Shown here one piece after another: positions 60,147 to 64,000 of a stretch of DNA of 64,000 bases (the first letter of the stretch is position 1; every line of letters starts with the position of its first letter). Position numbers and translations under genes: made by a program. The notes under the pieces were generated by a model. That model saw nothing but the letters and a program-made list of their open reading frames with translations. It did not search any database and was not told the origin of the DNA. The DNA is from an uncultured delta proteobacterium (GTDB lineage Bacteria > Myxococcota > Kuafuiibacteriia > Kuafuiibacteriales > Kuafuiibacteriaceae): the NCBI GenBank assembly GCA_963803435.1, contig CAWDML010000008.1:608001-672000 (forward strand). The letters are read 5' to 3'.

Positions 60147-60629
60147 ATGACGCGTGGATCGACCCGGCTCACCTGGATGGCGCTCTCACTGGCGACCTGC
60201 GCGAGCGCGACCGCACCCGAGCAACCGCTCGCGAATCCGCCCGAGGTCGCGCCGGTGATCGAGGTGGTGAGCGAATCGTGCTCCCTCGACGGGCTCTCCG
60301 CGTACTTCGAATCCGACTCCGACACCGTCGAAGCCGCTGGCGCACGAACCCTCGATGCCGTCCTCACCTGTCTGCACGGTCCGCTCCGGGACATGCACGT
60401 CGCGCTCGCCGGATACTCGGACAGATACGGTTCGAGGGCTCACGGCCACGCGCTCGCGCAGCGCCGTGCGAACACCGTCCGCCGGTACCTGATCGAGCAC
60501 GGCATCACCGCGGATCGCATTCGTATCCGCTCGCCGCGCATCGACCGTGACGGTCCTCGGGACCGCGCCCGCCGCGTCGACATCGAGCTGCTCGACTGCG
60601 CGACTGACCCCGCACGCACCTGCAGCTGA
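60147..60629 (+). CDS. OmpA/Pal family lipoprotein
   Basis: AYFESDS, GYSDRYG..LAQRRANTV and ARRVDI. Confidence 0.85.
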   Translation: MTRGSTRLTWMALSLATCASATAPEQPLANPPEVAPVIEVVSESCSLDGLSAYFESDSDTVEAAGARTLDAVLTCLHGPLRDMHVALAGYSDRYGSRAHGHALAQRRANTVRRYLIEHGITADRIRIRSPRIDRDGPRDRARRVDIELLDCATDPARTCS

Positions 60630-60763
60630 GCGCGCGCGTCTCTGACGATTCACGAGCCGCTCCATCCTGCCGGCACGTCCATGGCCGCGAATGGAAGCGA
60701 GCCCGGCTTCTTCATCGCCCGAGCCTCGCGGCATCCGCGATGCTTGGCCAGTCGCGAGCCGCC

Positions 60764-62071
60764 TCAGCGGGTCTTGACCCGGACGTTGTGGAGACGGCGG
60801 AACTCGCTGACGTAGCTCCCGAAGTACCAGGGGTTCTTGGGACACTTGTCGGGATCCGTCCAGTTGCTGGCGGTGGCGATGCCGACCGCCCGGACGATCG
60901 TGATGACCACCGCCCCGATCGAGTACGAGGACAGCGAGTAGATCGGGCCGCCGCTGTCGCCCGGGAGGAAGCAGCCCTTGGACACGACCTGCTTGTGCAG
61001 GGTCACGATGGTCCCGTCGGCCAGGCGCTCCTTCATGCGCCGCTTTGCATAGAGGACGTTGCCGCACCGCTGGCCGGTGTGCGCGCCGCCGCGGCAGAGA
61101 AACATGCCCTTGTGGACGTCGCTCGGTGAATAGACGAAGTCGACCTCGTCGCGCTTGTGCGACTTGGTGAGGTACAGGTAGCCGAGCTTGTCGTGGACCC
61201 AGGGGCCTTCAATCTTGATCCCCTCCATGTCGAGCGTGCCCCCGAGCTGACGGCGCTTCGCCCCGCCGATATACGGGTAGACCGGCTCGTCGTCGCTGTT
61301 GATCTTGAAGATCGCGCCGCTCACAGCACAGTGGGCCGCCGTGAGGCCCCAGTGGTCTCCGTTGTCGGCCACACCCATGAAGCCGAGGCTGCAGGTCCGG
61401 AGATCGCCCGCGCCGTTGTTGCTCGAGACGAAGATGCCTCCGCGCAGCGGATGACCGCACTCGTTGCGGTTCTTGCACGAGCCCGCCTGTGCCACCTCCG
61501 CCTCTTCGACGACCGCGAAGGCGTCGGGCGGGAGCGCGCTCTGGAGCTGCGCGGTCACCGAAGCCACCTCGCCGGGACGGGCCCCCACGCGGATGACGTT
61601 GGTCTCCTCGTCAATCCCGAGGCTGTTGATGCCGGGCGTGTCGTCGGGGATGGCGTCCGCCCAGGTCTCGAGCTCCGCCAGCGAGTAGCGCGCGCGCTCG
61701 ATGACCAGGGGGTGGTCGGCCGGGAACATTGCGCTCAGCACGGCCTCCTTCGCGGGCGTGGGATCCATCAAGAGGATGTGGATGGTTCCGGTCGCGTCCT
61801 CCTCAATCCACGCCCCCGCGAATCCCGAGAGCGTGTCGGGGTCGAGGCGCGTCACGAGCGTGCCCAGCGCGTCCTCGGCAGTGGCCCGCTCGACGGCGGC
61901 CGCCCGCGAGAGGCCGTAGGCATCGGCGAAGAGATCAGCCGCGGAGTCGAACTCGGTCGCGCTGGCCGCCTCGGTGGCCGTGGATTCGCCGCCGGCGTTC
62001 GGGGCGCAGCCGCCGAACAGGACGGCAGCGAGCGCGAGAGAGCAGGGTGAAAGCGGGAACGGTCGTGACAT
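60764..62071 (-). CDS. Alpha-lytic protease/streptogrisin-like S1 protease with pro-region (lipoprotein)
   Basis: FGGC lipobox, pro-region (FAGAWI, RYSLAEL), CSLGF, TAAHC and GDSGGP. Confidence 0.88.
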   Translation of the reverse strand: MSRPFPLSPCSLALAAVLFGGCAPNAGGESTATEAASATEFDSAADLFADAYGLSRAAAVERATAEDALGTLVTRLDPDTLSGFAGAWIEEDATGTIHILLMDPTPAKEAVLSAMFPADHPLVIERARYSLAELETWADAIPDDTPGINSLGIDEETNVIRVGARPGEVASVTAQLQSALPPDAFAVVEEAEVAQAGSCKNRNECGHPLRGGIFVSSNNGAGDLRTCSLGFMGVADNGDHWGLTAAHCAVSGAIFKINSDDEPVYPYIGGAKRRQLGGTLDMEGIKIEGPWVHDKLGYLYLTKSHKRDEVDFVYSPSDVHKGMFLCRGGAHTGQRCGNVLYAKRRMKERLADGTIVTLHKQVVSKGCFLPGDSGGPIYSLSSYSIGAVVITIVRAVGIATASNWTDPDKCPKNPWYFGSYVSEFRRLHNVRVKTR

Positions 62072-62199
62072 CGGGGCCTCCAGCGCGACCGGCAGTCGCA
62101 CGTACTCCCACCTGTGTGCGAGTCGCGCCGAAACGGACCAAAGCGTCGCATCGAGGACACAGACTGTGGCCCCTCGAACGACAGCGCGCGATCGGGCGG

Positions 62200-62670
62200 C
62201 TACCTGCGACGCACCATCGTGGTGCCGACCGGCAGGAAGCCGAGCCGCTCGTACAGCCGGCGCGCGCGCCCATTGTTGCTGGTGACGCCGAGCGCGATGG
62301 CGACGAAGCCGGGAGGCCAGAGCTCTCCGCGTTCGAGCGCGTCGAAGAGCGACCGCCCGTATCCTCGATTGCGATGCGCACGTGCGACGAACAGCTCATC
62401 GACCTCGCAGACCTCTCCCCCGAGCTCGTTCGACCAGAAGGAGATGAGCAGCGCGTAACCGACCGCGCTGCCGCCGACCTCCAGGACCAGCGCCCGCCCG
62501 CGGAACGGCTCGCGTCGAAGGACCTCGAGCGTGCGCCGCACCTGCTCGGGCGCGACCGGCTCCGGGCCGGGATCTTCGCGGTTGAGCTCGCCGCACATCT
62601 CGACGATCGCGCCGTCTTCTTCGGGCTGGGCCGCGCGCCACATCGCGCGGATGATATCGGATCCGCGCAC
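62200..62670 (-). CDS. GNAT N-acetyltransferase
   Basis: WSNELGG, DELFVARAHRNRGYG and N..ARRLYERLGF. Confidence 0.88.
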   Translation of the reverse strand: MRGSDIIRAMWRAAQPEEDGAIVEMCGELNREDPGPEPVAPEQVRRTLEVLRREPFRGRALVLEVGGSAVGYALLISFWSNELGGEVCEVDELFVARAHRNRGYGRSLFDALERGELWPPGFVAIALGVTSNNGRARRLYERLGFLPVGTTMVRRR

Positions 62671-62769
62671 GTGCTGCTGCTCGGACCTGATCTCGAGCTC
62701 CGATTGGAGCCCTGAGCGGCGGTCGGCAGATCCGAGACAATCCGGTAAAATCGCGGCGTGCCCATCTCC

Positions 62770-64000
62770 ATGAGCGAGGAGCCGCTCGCGCCCTCGTTGA
62801 GTGGGCCCATCCCGGAACGGCTCGGGCGCTACCGCGTCGTCGATCGCCTCGCGATCGGTGGCATGGCGGAGGTCTTCGTCTGCTACGAGCGCGGGCTCGG
62901 CGGGCTCGAGCGTCTCGCGGTGGTGAAGCGCATCCTCCCGCAGCTCGCCGCCCAGGAGTCGTTCCTCCAGATGTTCTTGGCGGAGGCCCGCTACGTCGCG
63001 CTGATCAACCACCCGAACGTGGTCCAGGTGCTCGAGCTCGCGCAGGACGAGAACGGGGCGCCCTTCCTCGCCATGGAATACATCCCTGGCAACTCGGTCC
63101 GCGAGCTCATCGTGGTGGCCCTGGGGCGGCACATGAAGACGCCGATCGGCGCGGTGGTCGGGATCATCGCGCAGGCCTGCGCGGGCGTGCACGCAGCCCA
63201 CGACCTCGTGGACACGGCCGGGCGTCCGCTCGGGCTCGTTCACCGCGACATCTCCCCTCACAACCTCATGGTGACGGGCGATGGCCACGTGAAGCTCCTC
63301 GACTTCGGGATCGCGAAGGCCACCGAAGGACTGCTCGACGAGCAGACGCGCACCGGCGGGCTCAAGGGCAAGGTGCATTACATGTCGCCCGAGCAGTGCA
63401 AGCAGCACCCGCTCGATCGGCGCAGCGACATCTTCGCCCTGGCGGTCGTCCTCTGGGAGGCCCTCGCCGCGGAGCGCCTCTTCAAGCGCGAGAGCGAGCT
63501 CGAGGCGATGCATGCGATCATCAACGGCGAGAGAAGGGAGCTCTCGCAGTTCCGGAGCGACGTCCCGGACGAGATCCACGCCGTGCTCGTGAAGGCGCTC
63601 TCTCCGGACAAGGAGGACCGCCACGCGACCGCGGACGAGATGCGGAAGGCGCTGGTCGACGCCTGTGCGAAGCATGGGATCGCCTGCGGCGCCGACGAGG
63701 TGGCGGCGTTCGTTCGGCCGCTCCTCGGCGAGGCCCAGAAGGTGCGCCAGGCGGACCTCCTCCGGCGCGCGCGGTATCCCTCCGTCGGGCGCCCGGATCC
63801 ACTGCAGAACGAAGGCGCGACGGTCGCGCCGCTCGACTCGTCCGCCGACACGCGCGTGCTCGTTCCCGAGGGTGCGCGCCGCCGCTTCCGCGCGCTCCCG
63901 CTCCTGGCCGCGCTCGGGCTGGTGGGCCTCGTCGTGGGGATCGCCGTGGGGGCCGCCGACCGACTCCTCCCGCCGGCCGGCGCTCCGCTCACGATCGTGT
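62770..64000 (+). CDS. Ser/Thr protein kinase (3' truncated; absent from the ORF track because it has no stop in the window)
   Basis: Translated by hand: LGRYRVVDRLAIGGMAEVF, VVKR, HRDISPHN, DFGIAK, GKVHYMSPEQ and a TM near the window end. Confidence 0.92.
   Translation, partial: MSEEPLAPSLSGPIPERLGRYRVVDRLAIGGMAEVFVCYERGLGGLERLAVVKRILPQLAAQESFLQMFLAEARYVALINHPNVVQVLELAQDENGAPFLAMEYIPGNSVRELIVVALGRHMKTPIGAVVGIIAQACAGVHAAHDLVDTAGRPLGLVHRDISPHNLMVTGDGHVKLLDFGIAKATEGLLDEQTRTGGLKGKVHYMSPEQCKQHPLDRRSDIFALAVVLWEALAAERLFKRESELEAMHAIINGERRELSQFRSDVPDEIHAVLVKALSPDKEDRHATADEMRKALVDACAKHGIACGADEVAAFVRPLLGEAQKVRQADLLRRARYPSVGRPDPLQNEGATVAPLDSSADTRVLVPEGARRRFRALPLLAALGLVGLVVGIAVGAADRLLPPAGAPLTIV

Noticed and set aside
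18240-62165. TGTGTC motif upstream of three secreted hydrolase genes (~18250, 54384, ~62160)
   Set aside because: The motif is too short and its spacing to the start codons is inconsistent.

Overview
Visibly GC-rich, gene-dense bacterial DNA that looks myxobacterial (Myxococcota-like): PEGA, Kelch and delta-60 surface proteins, ECF sigma/FecR modules, eukaryote-like Ser/Thr kinases and a Myxococcus-type LexA box. About 50 coding regions were recognised. I found no rRNA, tRNA, CRISPR array, transposase or phage gene. Main blocks are: a beta-helix/VTC/DUF4956 operon; a 6-heme cytochrome c lipoprotein next to a DUF481 barrel; an ECF sigma-FecR module divergent from a propeller/di-heme cytochrome; a TetR-SDR-acetoacetate decarboxylase unit with twin operators; LexA-boxed dinB followed by a large membrane patatin; a 12 kb translationally coupled PEGA-Kelch-delta60-ECF-anti-sigma-transglutaminase/TPR-kinase operon; and several secreted hydrolases and OmpA proteins, some behind sigma54 promoters. 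Many genes carry single-base frameshifts, three of them an identical GATC to GATTC change, so the assembly is probably error-prone. Several gene remnants with large deletions are also present. The best novelty candidates are the 12 kb signalling operon, a shared C-terminal G-x-[LV]-S triple motif in two unrelated membrane proteins, and a 144 bp intergenic hairpin. All family calls come from motif recognition by eye, not database searches.
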